Source: Candidatus Multivoradales bacterium
Lineage (GTDB): Bacteria > Acidobacteriota > Thermoanaerobaculia > Multivoradales > JAHEKO01
Reading direction: 5' to 3'
NCBI GenBank assembly: GCA_965223855.1
Contig: CBDCXM010000008.1
Coordinates: 192,001 to 256,000, forward strand
Length of the DNA: 64,000 nt
Shown here: positions 19,968 through 29,432 of the stretch, one piece after another
Position numbering within the stretch: position 1 is the first letter of the stretch
Layout of the letters: each line of letters opens with the position of its first letter
Notes under the pieces: model-generated
The model's database searches: none
What the model saw: the letters and a program-made list of their open reading frames with translations, nothing else
Told to the model about the DNA's origin: nothing
Position numbers and translations under genes: made by a program

Positions 19968-21336
19968 GCTCCTTGATCCGCTCGCTGAGCTTGTCGATCT
20001 TGTCCTGGCTCTCGCGCTGGACGCGGGCCACTTCGTTCTGTGTCTTCTCGAGCTGAGCCGACTGCTCGCGGAGCCGCTCGTTGAGGGACTTGATCTGCTG
20101 GTCCCGCTCCTGGAGAGCGCGGGAGAGCTCTCCCATCTTCGCCTCGTCCTCGGAGAGCTTGATCTTGTGCCGCTCCTCCTGCTCCTCGTAGAGCTTGCGG
20201 AACTGCTGGAGCTCGAGAATCTGTGAGAAATCGGCGGTAGAGCTCATGTCCTCTCCTTGCTCTTCGATTTCCGGGAACATCTTGCGCAACTTGAGCGAAA
20301 GGTCCTCCGGGTCCGGGGACTGGCGCATCGCCTCGGCGTAGCTGATCGTGCCATGCACGAGCAGGGCGATCAGCGACTGGTTCATCGTCTGCATGCTGTA
20401 GTAGGAAACCGAATTCTCGATCTCTTCCGTCAGGGCGCCTGACTCCCCCTTGACGATCAGCTCGGAGATCCGAGGCGTCGCCCGCATGATCTCGAGCGCC
20501 GGCACGAGCCCCTTGCCGTCGCGGCGCTCGACGAGCTTGATCGACACGACACCCTTGAGGACCTGCTCGAGCTGGACCCTCAGTTGCTTCTGCTGATTCG
20601 GCGGTGCGCTGTCGAGGATGCGGTCGATGCTCTGCGGTGCGCTGTTGGTGTGGAGGGTCGAGAAGACCAGGTGCCCGGTCTCGGCGGCGGTGATCACGGT
20701 CGAGATCGTCTCCTGGTCGCGCATCTCCCCGACCATGATGACGTCGGGGTCCTGGCGGACCGCGTTGCGCAGGGCCTCGGCGAAGCTCGGCGTGTCGGTG
20801 CCGACCTCGCGTTGGGAGATCGACGCGACGTCGTCGAGGAACAGAAACTCGATCGGGTCCTCGATCGTGATCACGTGGGCGGAGCGCCGGCCCGCGATGC
20901 GGTTGATCAACGCTGCCAGGGTGGTCGACTTGCCGCTTCCGGTCGGTCCGGTGATGAGGACCAGGCCCATCGGCAGGTCGCAGAACTCCTTGAGCACGTC
21001 CGGCAGATGGAGGCCGTCGAACTCCTGCACCTCGATCGGAATCCTCCGGAACGTCGCGGTGAGCGTGCCGCGCTGGTAGAAGACACTTCCACGAAAGCGA
21101 GCGAGCCCGTGAACGCCATACCCGATATCCACCGCCAGACTCTGATCGAGCCGCTGATGCTGCGTCGGCGTGAGGATCGACTCGACCATCCCCTGGATCT
21201 GGTCCGGGGTCAGCGGATCCGAGTCGATCGGCATCAGCTTTCCATGCACCCGAAGCAGCGGCGGCCGCATCGGTTTCAGATGCAGATCCGACGCCTCACG
21301 ATCCGCCATGAGGCGAAGCAGGTGATCCAACTGCAT
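19936..21336 (-). CDS. pilT: PilT/PilU-family ATPase with C-terminal coiled coil
   Basis: ASDLHL, GPTGSGKSTT, TIEDPIE, RQDPDVIMVGEMRD and GHLVFSTLHT motifs. Confidence 0.9.
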   Translation of the reverse strand: MQLDHLLRLMADREASDLHLKPMRPPLLRVHGKLMPIDSDPLTPDQIQGMVESILTPTQHQRLDQSLAVDIGYGVHGLARFRGSVFYQRGTLTATFRRIPIEVQEFDGLHLPDVLKEFCDLPMGLVLITGPTGSGKSTTLAALINRIAGRRSAHVITIEDPIEFLFLDDVASISQREVGTDTPSFAEALRNAVRQDPDVIMVGEMRDQETISTVITAAETGHLVFSTLHTNSAPQSIDRILDSAPPNQQKQLRVQLEQVLKGVVSIKLVERRDGKGLVPALEIMRATPRISELIVKGESGALTEEIENSVSYYSMQTMNQSLIALLVHGTISYAEAMRQSPDPEDLSLKLRKMFPEIEEQGEDMSSTADFSQILELQQFRKLYEEQEERHKIKLSEDEAKMGELSRALQERDQQIKSLNERLREQSAQLEKTQNEVARVQRESQDKIDKLSERIKELNQRLMSGAR

Positions 21337-21413
21337 AACTGGTCGATCCTAACCCAAGCCCGCCCCACCACCCGGTGATCCAAAGCACACCCACCCCGAG
21401 GTGCCTCCCCCCA

Positions 21414-21460
21414 AGGTGCCAGGTGATTAGGGGACAGCTATCGGCACCAGTGCCAGGTGA
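21414..21460 (+). repeat. RAYT-flanking motif, two copies of GTGCCAGGTGA
   Basis: AGGTGCCAGGTGATTAG at 21414-21430 and GTGCCAGGTGA at 21450-21460; inverse copies at 22673 and 23457. Confidence 0.65.
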
Positions 21461-21661
21461 CTGGCGGTCGTGAGCGCTCGAACTGTTCGGACGAACCCAG
21501 ATCGAGGGCAGCGTCCCCCAAGGGCCGCGCTTATGGCCTGGGAGACGCGCCGGCGATATCCCGACTTGTGTCCGGCTGAATCTAGACGCAGGCCGAGGCG
21601 ACCGGGCTACCCCAGCCGCGCGATCTCCCGTGAAACGATCTCTTCGAGCCGCCTCGGCAGC

Positions 21662-22573
21662 CTAGTCCGGCGCGGCGCGTGCCGGTTGGTAGCTGACAGG
21701 ACGGAAGCATCCGTCCGGGAAGGACGTAGGTTCCCCGGTCCGGAAGTCCTTCGAGGCACGCCGGTACTCCAGAACGAACCAGCGATACCCGTCCTCCAAG
21801 GCTCTGCGAACCGACCTCGAGGTCGCGTGGAACCTCGGCGCGGGGGTGCTTTCGAAATCCTCCGGGCAGTCGTGGGGATCCTGGGCGAGGATCGCCCGAC
21901 GGCCAAGGACCGGCCGGCCTGTTCTCTCGTGCTCCGTCTCGATTTCCCGTACCAGTCTCCGAACCCGCTTGCACCGCTCACCTCGCTCGAGATGCTCCCA
22001 GCTGGGGATCGGTGTCAGTTCGAGCCTGTGGCGCGAGAGAAACCTGCCCGGCCGAGCCTGCCGACCGTACCTTGAAGCCCGGTAGCTCGCTGAGCGATCC
22101 ATCCACTCCCCCTCGACCGAGTCGCCGTGCATGAGGGCCTGAGTGCTGGTCGCGCCTGGCCAGTGGCGAGGAGAGGCTACGAGCCGTTCCTTGACCCCCT
22201 GTGAGAGCAGGTATCGCAATCTTTCTTCATGCTTCTCGGGCTCACGGCTCACAACGATGTCCGTGTAGCGACGTCCCCAGAAGCGCTGCCTCCAGTTGTG
22301 CAGCCGGCCCGCCTCCCGAGCAATGTTGGAGTTGACGTACGCCATGAACCGCGACATCTGCTCTACATCCGTAGGGCGCAGAAGCAGGTGCGCGTGATTC
22401 GAGAGGTAGACGAACCCGCAGACTCGCATCCCGGTCGAGCGTTGGGCTCGGGCCAGAATTCCGACGATCCGATCGCGCAGCTTCGGTGAAGGCCGGAGCA
22501 GGTAGCGGCCGTGCACGGTCCGCACCGTCACTTCCACGAGGCTCTCTTCGGGCAGGTAACGCAGCTTGCGCAT
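21662..22573 (-). mobile_element. REP-associated tyrosine transposase (RAYT, HUH Y1 family)
   Basis: EVTVRT, FVYLSNHAHLLL (HUH), FWGRRY, LRYLLSQG (catalytic Tyr) and HWPG motifs. Confidence 0.85.
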
Positions 22574-22672
22574 CTCAATGAACAGGACGCAACCGCGCAG
22601 CGGGATCTTGCAGCCGCCCACGCTCGAAGCGCTGGGACACTTCGTCGATGCCTCCAGAATCCTCCCGCCAAG

Positions 22673-22705
22673 CACCTGGCACCCAGATTGGGCACCCAGA
22701 CTTGG
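22673..22705 (-). repeat. Inverse RAYT-flanking motif plus short direct repeat
   Basis: CACCTGGCACC at 22673-22683, overlapping GGCACCCAGA repeated twice. Confidence 0.6.
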
Positions 22706-22760
22706 GCGCAGGTTCTAGGAACCCACCCCAGGCTCCGGTGCGTCGCAGCAAACAGCGCGA

Positions 22761-23396
22761 TCAGTAGCGGCGCATCAGACCGACAACCACACCCTGGATC
22801 GTCAGTTCGCGCGCCCACACCCAGATCGGCTCCATGTGGGAGGCCGATGGCTGCAGTCTCACCTGCTGACCTTCGGGGTAGTAGCGCTTGAGCGTGGCTT
22901 CGTCCCCAACGAGCGCCACGATCATCTCGCCTTCGGCGGCGTCGGAGCGCTCCTGCACGACGACGTAGTCGCCATCATGGATCCCCTCATCGATCATCGA
23001 GTCACCCGTGACCTTCAGCACGAAGTGCTCCTCCACTCTGCTTCCCATGAGTTGCGGAGGGACGGCAACCCGATCGCTCCCTGCTACAGCCTCGATCGGA
23101 CGACCGGCTGCGATGAGGCCAAAGTACGGTACGTCCGGCGAACCGGGAGCTCGATCGCCCTCAGCCAACAGCCGCTCTGCCCGCGGAGAGAGCATCAGAC
23201 CTCGCTTCTGGTGATCGTGACGTCGCAGCAACCCCTTTCTTTCCAGCAACTTGAGGTGCTTGTGGGCAGTGCCGTACGACGAGTATCCGAATCGCTCGCA
23301 GATCTCCCTGTGAGTTGGCGACACGCCCTCGCGACGGACGAAGTCACCGAGAAACTCGAGAATCTCTTTCTGGCGGCGGGTGAGGAACGTCTCCAT
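22761..23396 (-). CDS. lexA: LexA repressor
   Basis: LTRRQKEIL...PTHREI winged HTH, IAAG cleavage site, GDSM Ser and TLKR Lys. Confidence 0.95.
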   Translation of the reverse strand: METFLTRRQKEILEFLGDFVRREGVSPTHREICERFGYSSYGTAHKHLKLLERKGLLRRHDHQKRGLMLSPRAERLLAEGDRAPGSPDVPYFGLIAAGRPIEAVAGSDRVAVPPQLMGSRVEEHFVLKVTGDSMIDEGIHDGDYVVVQERSDAAEGEMIVALVGDEATLKRYYPEGQQVRLQPSASHMEPIWVWARELTIQGVVVGLMRRY

Positions 23397-23404
23397 GTCT
23401 CGGC

Positions 23405-23433
23405 ACAGTAGGCGAAAACGCGCCGTAAATCAA
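23405..23433 (-). promoter_or_regulatory. lexA promoter with possible operator in the spacer
   Basis: TTGATT-N17-TACTGT ending 8 nt before the ATG; TTAC-N7-TTTC within the spacer. Confidence 0.6.
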
Positions 23434-23452
23434 GAAGGCACGGTGACCACCA

Positions 23453-23469
23453 CTATTCACCTGGCACCT
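23453..23469 (-). repeat. Outer inverted copy of the RAYT-flanking motif
   Basis: CTATTCACCTGGCACCT matches the reverse complement of 21414-21430 at 16 of 17 nt. Confidence 0.65.
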
Positions 23470-23477
23470 GGGGTTGC

Positions 23478-23506
23478 TTGACTTGGGTGGGAGGCTTCCG
23501 TACGTT
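23478..23506 (+). promoter_or_regulatory. Sigma70-type promoter of the bactofilin operon
   Basis: TTGACT-N17-TACGTT. Confidence 0.55.
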
Positions 23507-23536
23507 GTGCGCTCGACGGGAGGAGTGTTCTGGAAG

Positions 23537-23917
23537 ATGACCGAATCGAGATCGACAGCGGGCGGGAGCGGGATGGCCGCCACGATTGGTGCCGCGACCT
23601 TCATCAAGGGACAGATCCGGGGCGACGACGACCTCGTCGTGCGCGGGAAGGTCGACGGCAAGATCCGCCTGCCGAAGAACAAGGTCCTCGTAGCGGCCGG
23701 CAGCGAGGTGAAGGCGGACATACTCGGACGCTCGATCGAGGTCGAGGGGCACGTCAAGGGCACCCTGACGGGTGGTCAGGAGGTGCTGGTCCGGGCAGGC
23801 GGCCGGGTGGAGGGCGACATCGTCTCGCCCCGCGTCACGCTCGACAACGGCGCGCAGTTCAGCGGCAACATCGACATGGAGGCGGGCAAGGGCGGCGCCA
23901 AGGGCTCGGCGGCCTGA
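23537..23917 (+). CDS. Bactofilin (polymer-forming cytoskeletal protein)
   Basis: TIGAATFIKGQIRGDDDLVVRGKVDGKI...GAQFSGNIDM beta-helix pattern. Confidence 0.9.
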   Translation: MTESRSTAGGSGMAATIGAATFIKGQIRGDDDLVVRGKVDGKIRLPKNKVLVAAGSEVKADILGRSIEVEGHVKGTLTGGQEVLVRAGGRVEGDIVSPRVTLDNGAQFSGNIDMEAGKGGAKGSAA

Positions 23918-23945
23918 CCTCGCGCCCCGCCGACCGCTACCGACC

Positions 23946-24566
23946 GTGACGCAGCCTTCAAACCCGCCGACTGCCGCAGACGAAGTCCACTCTTCTCTCG
24001 GCCTCAAGGAGCTGCTGGCGGGCTTGCCGACCGACCGCAAGCACTCGGTCCTCGATCTCGGCCCGGCAAGCGGCGGCAACGTCACGTTCTTCTCGAACTA
24101 CTCCTGCCGCCTCTACATCGCCGACCTCTACCACACCCTCCAGCAGCGCTCCGGCCGCCCGCCCGAGCAGTCGGTGCCGTTCGATCGCGAGCTGGCGGCG
24201 ACCCTCCCGGAGGGCTCGTTCGACATCCTTCTGTGCTGGGATCTGCTCAACTACCTCACCTCGGAGCAGATGGAGGTGCTCGGCACGCACCTGAAGGCTC
24301 GTAGCCGACCCGGAAGCCGTCTGTTCGCGCTCGTCGCTCCGCACGGCCGCATACCCAACCTCCCTCAACGCTTCGAGATCCTCGCGCCGGACTCGGTGCG
24401 CTACACGAGCCGCTCTTCCGGTCTGCGCCCTGCACCCGGCTACCGCGAGCCCGAACTCAATCGCTGGATGAAGCCGTTCGCCGTCGAGAGCTCCTACCTG
24501 CTCAGACACGGCGTTCAGGAGTACATCCTCGTGCACGAGCGCGATCCCGTCGCCAGGCTCGTCTGA
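23946..24566 (+). CDS. Class I SAM-methyltransferase-like protein
   Basis: VLDLGPASG, FDILLCWDLLNYL and RPGS motifs; GTG start inferred. Confidence 0.72.
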   Translation: MTQPSNPPTAADEVHSSLGLKELLAGLPTDRKHSVLDLGPASGGNVTFFSNYSCRLYIADLYHTLQQRSGRPPEQSVPFDRELAATLPEGSFDILLCWDLLNYLTSEQMEVLGTHLKARSRPGSRLFALVAPHGRIPNLPQRFEILAPDSVRYTSRSSGLRPAPGYREPELNRWMKPFAVESSYLLRHGVQEYILVHERDPVARLV

Positions 24567-24577
24567 GCAACCCCGTC

Positions 24578-25861
24578 ATGGCCGCTGATCGCTTCGGTTT
24601 CGAGATCGAAACCCATCGGCTGGAGAACGGTCTCGACATCGTCCTTCAGCCCGACGACCGCTTGCCGCTCGTAGCGGTCAACCTCTGGTACCACGTCGGC
24701 TCGCGCAACGAGCGACCCGGCAGAACCGGCCTGGCGCACCTCTTCGAGCACATGCTTTTCCAGGGCAGTGCCAACGTCGGCGTCAACGATCACTTCGGGC
24801 ACCTGCAGAAAGTCGGCGGCGTCGCCAACGGCTCGACGTGGTACGACCGCACCAACTACTACGAGACGGTGCCGTCGCACGAGCTCGAGCTGGCGCTCTG
24901 GCTCGAATCCGACCGGATGGGCTTTCTGCTCGACACGCTAGACAGCGAGAAGCTCGAGAATCAGCGCGAAGTCGTCATGAACGAGCGCCGCCAGAGGATC
25001 GACAACCAGCCCTACGGCGCCGCGTTCGAGACGCTCTTCGCCCGGCTGTTCCCGAGTCCGCATCCGTACTCCTGGCCGGTCATCGGCACGATGCAGGACA
25101 TCGCCGCCATCGATCTGGAAGACGTACGGAGCTTCTTCGTGGAGCACTACCATCCCGGCAATGCGGTCCTCACGCTCGCCGGAGACTTCGACACCCGCCG
25201 CGCTGTGGAGCTCGCCGACCGCTACTTCGGCTCGCTACCCACGGCAGACGCCTCCCCGCCGCCGGAGCACACCCACGCTCCGCCCGAGACCGAGCCGGTC
25301 GAACTGCCGGACGACGTCGAGCTGCCGCGCCTCTACGTCGGCTATCCGATTCCCCCCTTCGGTACCCCCGAGTGGTCGGCCGCCGACCTTCTCTCGACGG
25401 CGCTGGCCTCGGGCAAGTCGAGCCCGCTCTACCGCGACCTGGTGCACGAGCGGCAGCTCCTCCAGGGAATCTCGCTCGGCACGCTGCCGACCGAGCTCGC
25501 CGGCAGTGTCCTTCTCACCTGCACCGGAAGGCCCGGCACCACACCGCAGGAGCTGCTTGCAGCCGTCGACGAACACCTCGACCGTGCCAGAGCCGAGCTG
25601 CTGCCCGCAGTCGAGTTCGAACGCAGCCGCAACCAACTCACGACCGCCTACCTCGAGCAGCTTCAGAGCCTCGAAGCACGAGCCGACGTGCTGTCGCAGA
25701 GCGCCACCTACTTCGGCGACCCCCGTCGCTACACCGATCGGCTCGACGCCACCGCCGACCTCTCGGCAGGCCAGGTACGCGACTTCGCCGCTCGCTGGTG
25801 GCAACCCGACAACCGTGCCGTCGTGGCGATCGTGCCCCGCGGCACGAGCCCTGTGTCGTGA
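24578..25861 (+). CDS. M16 (pitrilysin-family) zinc peptidase, catalytic subunit
   Basis: HLFEH inverted zinc motif, NGST..DRTNY and VVMNERR. Confidence 0.93.
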   Translation: MAADRFGFEIETHRLENGLDIVLQPDDRLPLVAVNLWYHVGSRNERPGRTGLAHLFEHMLFQGSANVGVNDHFGHLQKVGGVANGSTWYDRTNYYETVPSHELELALWLESDRMGFLLDTLDSEKLENQREVVMNERRQRIDNQPYGAAFETLFARLFPSPHPYSWPVIGTMQDIAAIDLEDVRSFFVEHYHPGNAVLTLAGDFDTRRAVELADRYFGSLPTADASPPPEHTHAPPETEPVELPDDVELPRLYVGYPIPPFGTPEWSAADLLSTALASGKSSPLYRDLVHERQLLQGISLGTLPTELAGSVLLTCTGRPGTTPQELLAAVDEHLDRARAELLPAVEFERSRNQLTTAYLEQLQSLEARADVLSQSATYFGDPRRYTDRLDATADLSAGQVRDFAARWWQPDNRAVVAIVPRGTSPVS

Positions 25862-25871
25862 GCGCCACTCC

Positions 25872-27260
25872 GTGAGCCGGATCGACCGCAGCCGCCGTCC
25901 CGACCCCGGCCCTCGCCAGCCGTTCCGCTTTCCCGACTTCGAGCATCGCGCGCTCGCCTCCGGCATCGACGTCTTCGTCGCCACCGACCGACGCTTCCCG
26001 TTGGCGGAGATCGGGATCGTCCTCTCCGGCGGTGCCGATCGGGACCCCTTGACCTTGCGTGGGCTCACGTCGCTGGGCTCTGCACTCCTCGACGAAGGGA
26101 CGGAGGAGCTCGACGCTCACAAGATTGCAGCCTTCGCCGAACGCCGCGGCGCCGAGCTCGCAACGTCGAGCGATTGGGACGCCATCTATGTCCGCATGGG
26201 CGGACCGACCCGGCACTGGAAGGAGCTTTTCGGCCTCGCCACCGCCGTCCTCGCCCGACCGACACTGCCCGAGCACGAACTCGACCGGCTGCGCGCGATG
26301 CGGCTCGCCGACCTGGCCAGCCGCTCCGTACGGCCGGCGTTCCTCGCCGCACAGCACGCTCTCGGCACGGTGTTCGGCAGCACTCACCCCTACGGCGAGA
26401 CGACTCTCGGCACTCCAACCTCGATCGAAGCTCTCGAGCGCCAGGCCGTCGAAGCGTGGCACCGCGAGCGAATCGCGACCGGAAGCCTCGCCGTCGTCGC
26501 GGTCGGAGATCTCGATCCTGACGAGCTCGTCTCAGCGATCGAGCACCGGTTGCTCCCCGACCTTCCGACGACGAGGTCTCCGGTTCGCCAGCCCGACGCT
26601 CCAGCCCTGCCCGACCCGGGCCCGCTCCAGGTGCGCATCATCGACCGCCCCGCCGGCGCTCAGACCGAGCTCCGCCTCATGAGCCCCGGCCTCTCCCGGT
26701 CCTCCCCCCTCGAACTGGACGCGCGGCTCTTCTCGCTGACGCTCGGGGGCAAGTTCACGAGCCGCCTCAATCTCAACCTTCGCGAGCAGCGCGGCGTCAC
26801 CTATGGGGTTTCCAGCCGGCTCGCACGCCGCCGCGGAGACGGTCCCTTCACGGTCGGCTGCGCGGTCGATACCGAAGCGGTCGGCATCGCGGTCGAAGAG
26901 ATCCTGAAAGAGATGAGCGAGCTTGCCGATTCGGGACCGACCGCCACCGAGGTCGAGGACGGCCGCAACTACCTCCTCGGCACCTTCCCCTACAAGCTCC
27001 AGACTCTCGAAGGCGTGGCAGGCCATCTCGAAGAGATCGCCCTGCACGAGCTGCCCCACGACACCTGGCAGTCCTTCCCCGAGCGGCTGCAAGCCTGCTG
27101 TGTGACCTCGGTGCGCAACGCCGCTCGGCACCTCCTCGAGGCGGCACCCCGAGCGATCGTCGCGGTCGGCCCGGCCAACGCCCTGACACCGCAGCTCGAA
27201 CGGTTCGGACAGCTGGAAATCGTCCCGGCCTTCCGGCCCGAGGAGCCCGCTGGCGGTTGA
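25872..27260 (+). CDS. M16 peptidase, non-catalytic partner subunit
   Basis: No HXXEH; has SRLNLNLREQRGVTYG (R/Y pair); GTG start at 25872. Confidence 0.88.
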   Translation: MSRIDRSRRPDPGPRQPFRFPDFEHRALASGIDVFVATDRRFPLAEIGIVLSGGADRDPLTLRGLTSLGSALLDEGTEELDAHKIAAFAERRGAELATSSDWDAIYVRMGGPTRHWKELFGLATAVLARPTLPEHELDRLRAMRLADLASRSVRPAFLAAQHALGTVFGSTHPYGETTLGTPTSIEALERQAVEAWHRERIATGSLAVVAVGDLDPDELVSAIEHRLLPDLPTTRSPVRQPDAPALPDPGPLQVRIIDRPAGAQTELRLMSPGLSRSSPLELDARLFSLTLGGKFTSRLNLNLREQRGVTYGVSSRLARRRGDGPFTVGCAVDTEAVGIAVEEILKEMSELADSGPTATEVEDGRNYLLGTFPYKLQTLEGVAGHLEEIALHELPHDTWQSFPERLQACCVTSVRNAARHLLEAAPRAIVAVGPANALTPQLERFGQLEIVPAFRPEEPAGG

Positions 27261-27290
27261 CTTCTCTCGCCCCCGGAGCCGGTTTCGAGC

Positions 27291-27299
27291 TGCTATAGT
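27291..27299 (+). promoter_or_regulatory. Extended -10 element upstream of EF-G2
   Basis: TGCTATAGT (TGn-TATAGT) about 50 nt before the ATG; AAGGAG RBS. Confidence 0.5.
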
Positions 27300-27347
27300 T
27301 CGCCTCCCCCGCGTCCCCAAGAAAGGCAACTCCAAGGAGCCGCCCGT

Positions 27348-29432
27348 ATGCAAGTCGAGAGCCCCGAAAAGATCCGAAACCTGGCCATCGCCGGTCACAG
27401 TGGCACCGGGAAGACGACGCTCGCGAGCGCCCTGCTCTACACGTCTGGCGTCGCCAACCGCCTCAACAAGACCGAGGACGGAGCCACCACGACCGACTTC
27501 GACCAGGAGGAGATCAACCGCGGAATCTCGATCGGTGTCGCCCCCTGCTCCGTTCCCTGGAAACAGCACAAGCTCAATCTCCTCGACTGCCCCGGCTACG
27601 GGATGTTCTTCACCGACACCCAGGCGGCGATGCGGGCGACCGACGGGCTGTTGCTCTGTGTCGACGGAGCCTCCGGCGTCGAGGTCGTCACCGAGAAGGC
27701 ATGGCGTTTCGCCGAAGAGCTCGGTCAGCCGGTCTTCATCAACCTCACGAAGATGGATCGCGAGCGCGCCACGCTGGCGTCCGCGCTCGAGAGCCTTCGC
27801 GCCCGCTTCGGCCGTGAGGTGATGCCTGTGCAGCTCCCGCTCGGCGAGGAGCACGACTTCGGGGGCATGGTCGATCTGCTGAGCGGCAAGGCGTACCTCT
27901 ACGACCGCGACGGCAGCGGCAAGGCTTCGCCGACCGACGTTCCGGACGACATGGCGGAGGAGGTCGAGCGGCGCCGCAACAACCTGATCGAAATGGTGGC
28001 GGAGTCGAGCGAGGCGCTACTCGAGAAGTTCTTCGAGGAAGGGACGCTGTCGAAGGAGGACCTCACCGAAGGGCTGAGGCGAGCGGTACGGCGGCGGCGG
28101 CTGTTTCCGGTCACCGTGAGCTCGCTGGCACACGGTATCGGCAACTCGCTGCTCCTGGACAGTCTCGTGGACGTCATGCCCCACCCGCTGGAGCGAGGTC
28201 CCTTCCCGGCGACCAACATCGGCGGCGAAGCGCTCGAGGTGGACCCGGATCCGGACGCCGACATGACGGCGCTGGTCTTCAAGACCATCTCCGACCCGTT
28301 CGCCGGCAAGATCACCCTGATGCGCGTCGTCTCGGGCGAGGTTCCCGGCGATGCGACGGTCTGGAACACCCGCGCGGAGCAGAGCGAGAAGCTCGGCGGC
28401 GTCCATGTCGTGCAGGGCAAGTCGGGCAGCTCGATTCCGAAGCTCGTCACCGGCGACATCGGCGGCGTTGCCAAACTCAAGCATGCCCAGACCGGAGACA
28501 CCCTCTGCTCCAAGAACCGGCCGATCCATCTGGGCTGGATCGAGGTTGCCGAGCCGGCCATCTCTTTCGCCGTCGAGCCGAAGTCGAAGGGCGATGAGGA
28601 GAAGATCGGCGACTCACTCCATCGGCTTCAGGAAGAAGACCTCGCCCTCAAGGCGGGCCGCGACGCCGAGACCGGGGAGTTCCTCGTCTCGGGCCAGGGA
28701 CAGCTCCACGTCGAGATCACCGTCGCGAAGCTCCACAACCGCTTCAACGTCGACGTGATTCTCCATCCGCCACGGGTCCCCTACCGCGAGACGATCCGCA
28801 AGCCGGCGGACGGCCACGGCCGTCACAAGAAGCAGAGCGGCGGCCGGGGTCAGTTCGCCGACTGCAAGATCACCATCGAGCCGCTCGAGCGCGGTGCCGA
28901 GTTCGAGTTCGTCGACGAGATCTTCGGCGGCTCCATTCCTCAGGGCTATCGACCCGCCGTCGAAAAGGGAATCCAGGAAGCGCGAGCGCGCGGCTACCTG
29001 GCCGGCTACCCGATGGTCGACTTCCGCGTCCGCCTCAGGGACGGCCAGTACCACGACGTCGATTCCTCGGAGATGGCGTTCAAGATCGCCGGCTCGCTCG
29101 CCTACAAGGACGCGATGTCCAAGGCGGCGCCGACGATCATGGAGCCGATGATGAAGGTCGAGGTCCACGTCGAGGAGGAGTTCACCGGCGACGTGATGAG
29201 CGACCTGTCCCAGCGCCGGGGCCGCCCGGAGGGGATGGACTCCGAGAACGGTGCGCAGGTGATCTCCGCCGTCGTGCCGATGGCCGAGATGCTCAACTAC
29301 GCGCCGAGCCTCAACTCCATGACCCAGGGCAAGGGGAGCTTCCACATGGAGTACTCCCACTACGAGGAGATGCCGGTCAACGTCGCCGAGAAGGTGATCC
29401 AGGAGTCCAAGAAAGCGGAAGACGAGGGCTGA
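27348..29432 (+). CDS. Elongation factor G paralog (EF-G2)
   Basis: Full EF-G architecture ([19 protein letters not shown]) with divergent G motifs GHSGTGKTT, DCPGY and TKMD. Confidence 0.92.
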   Translation: MQVESPEKIRNLAIAGHSGTGKTTLASALLYTSGVANRLNKTEDGATTTDFDQEEINRGISIGVAPCSVPWKQHKLNLLDCPGYGMFFTDTQAAMRATDGLLLCVDGASGVEVVTEKAWRFAEELGQPVFINLTKMDRERATLASALESLRARFGREVMPVQLPLGEEHDFGGMVDLLSGKAYLYDRDGSGKASPTDVPDDMAEEVERRRNNLIEMVAESSEALLEKFFEEGTLSKEDLTEGLRRAVRRRRLFPVTVSSLAHGIGNSLLLDSLVDVMPHPLERGPFPATNIGGEALEVDPDPDADMTALVFKTISDPFAGKITLMRVVSGEVPGDATVWNTRAEQSEKLGGVHVVQGKSGSSIPKLVTGDIGGVAKLKHAQTGDTLCSKNRPIHLGWIEVAEPAISFAVEPKSKGDEEKIGDSLHRLQEEDLALKAGRDAETGEFLVSGQGQLHVEITVAKLHNRFNVDVILHPPRVPYRETIRKPADGHGRHKKQSGGRGQFADCKITIEPLERGAEFEFVDEIFGGSIPQGYRPAVEKGIQEARARGYLAGYPMVDFRVRLRDGQYHDVDSSEMAFKIAGSLAYKDAMSKAAPTIMEPMMKVEVHVEEEFTGDVMSDLSQRRGRPEGMDSENGAQVISAVVPMAEMLNYAPSLNSMTQGKGSFHMEYSHYEEMPVNVAEKVIQESKKAEDEG

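Noticed and set aside
21662-23396. Prophage (lexA as a CI repressor, transposase as an integrase)
   Set aside because: The protein has the LexA winged-HTH N-terminus and no phage genes are nearby
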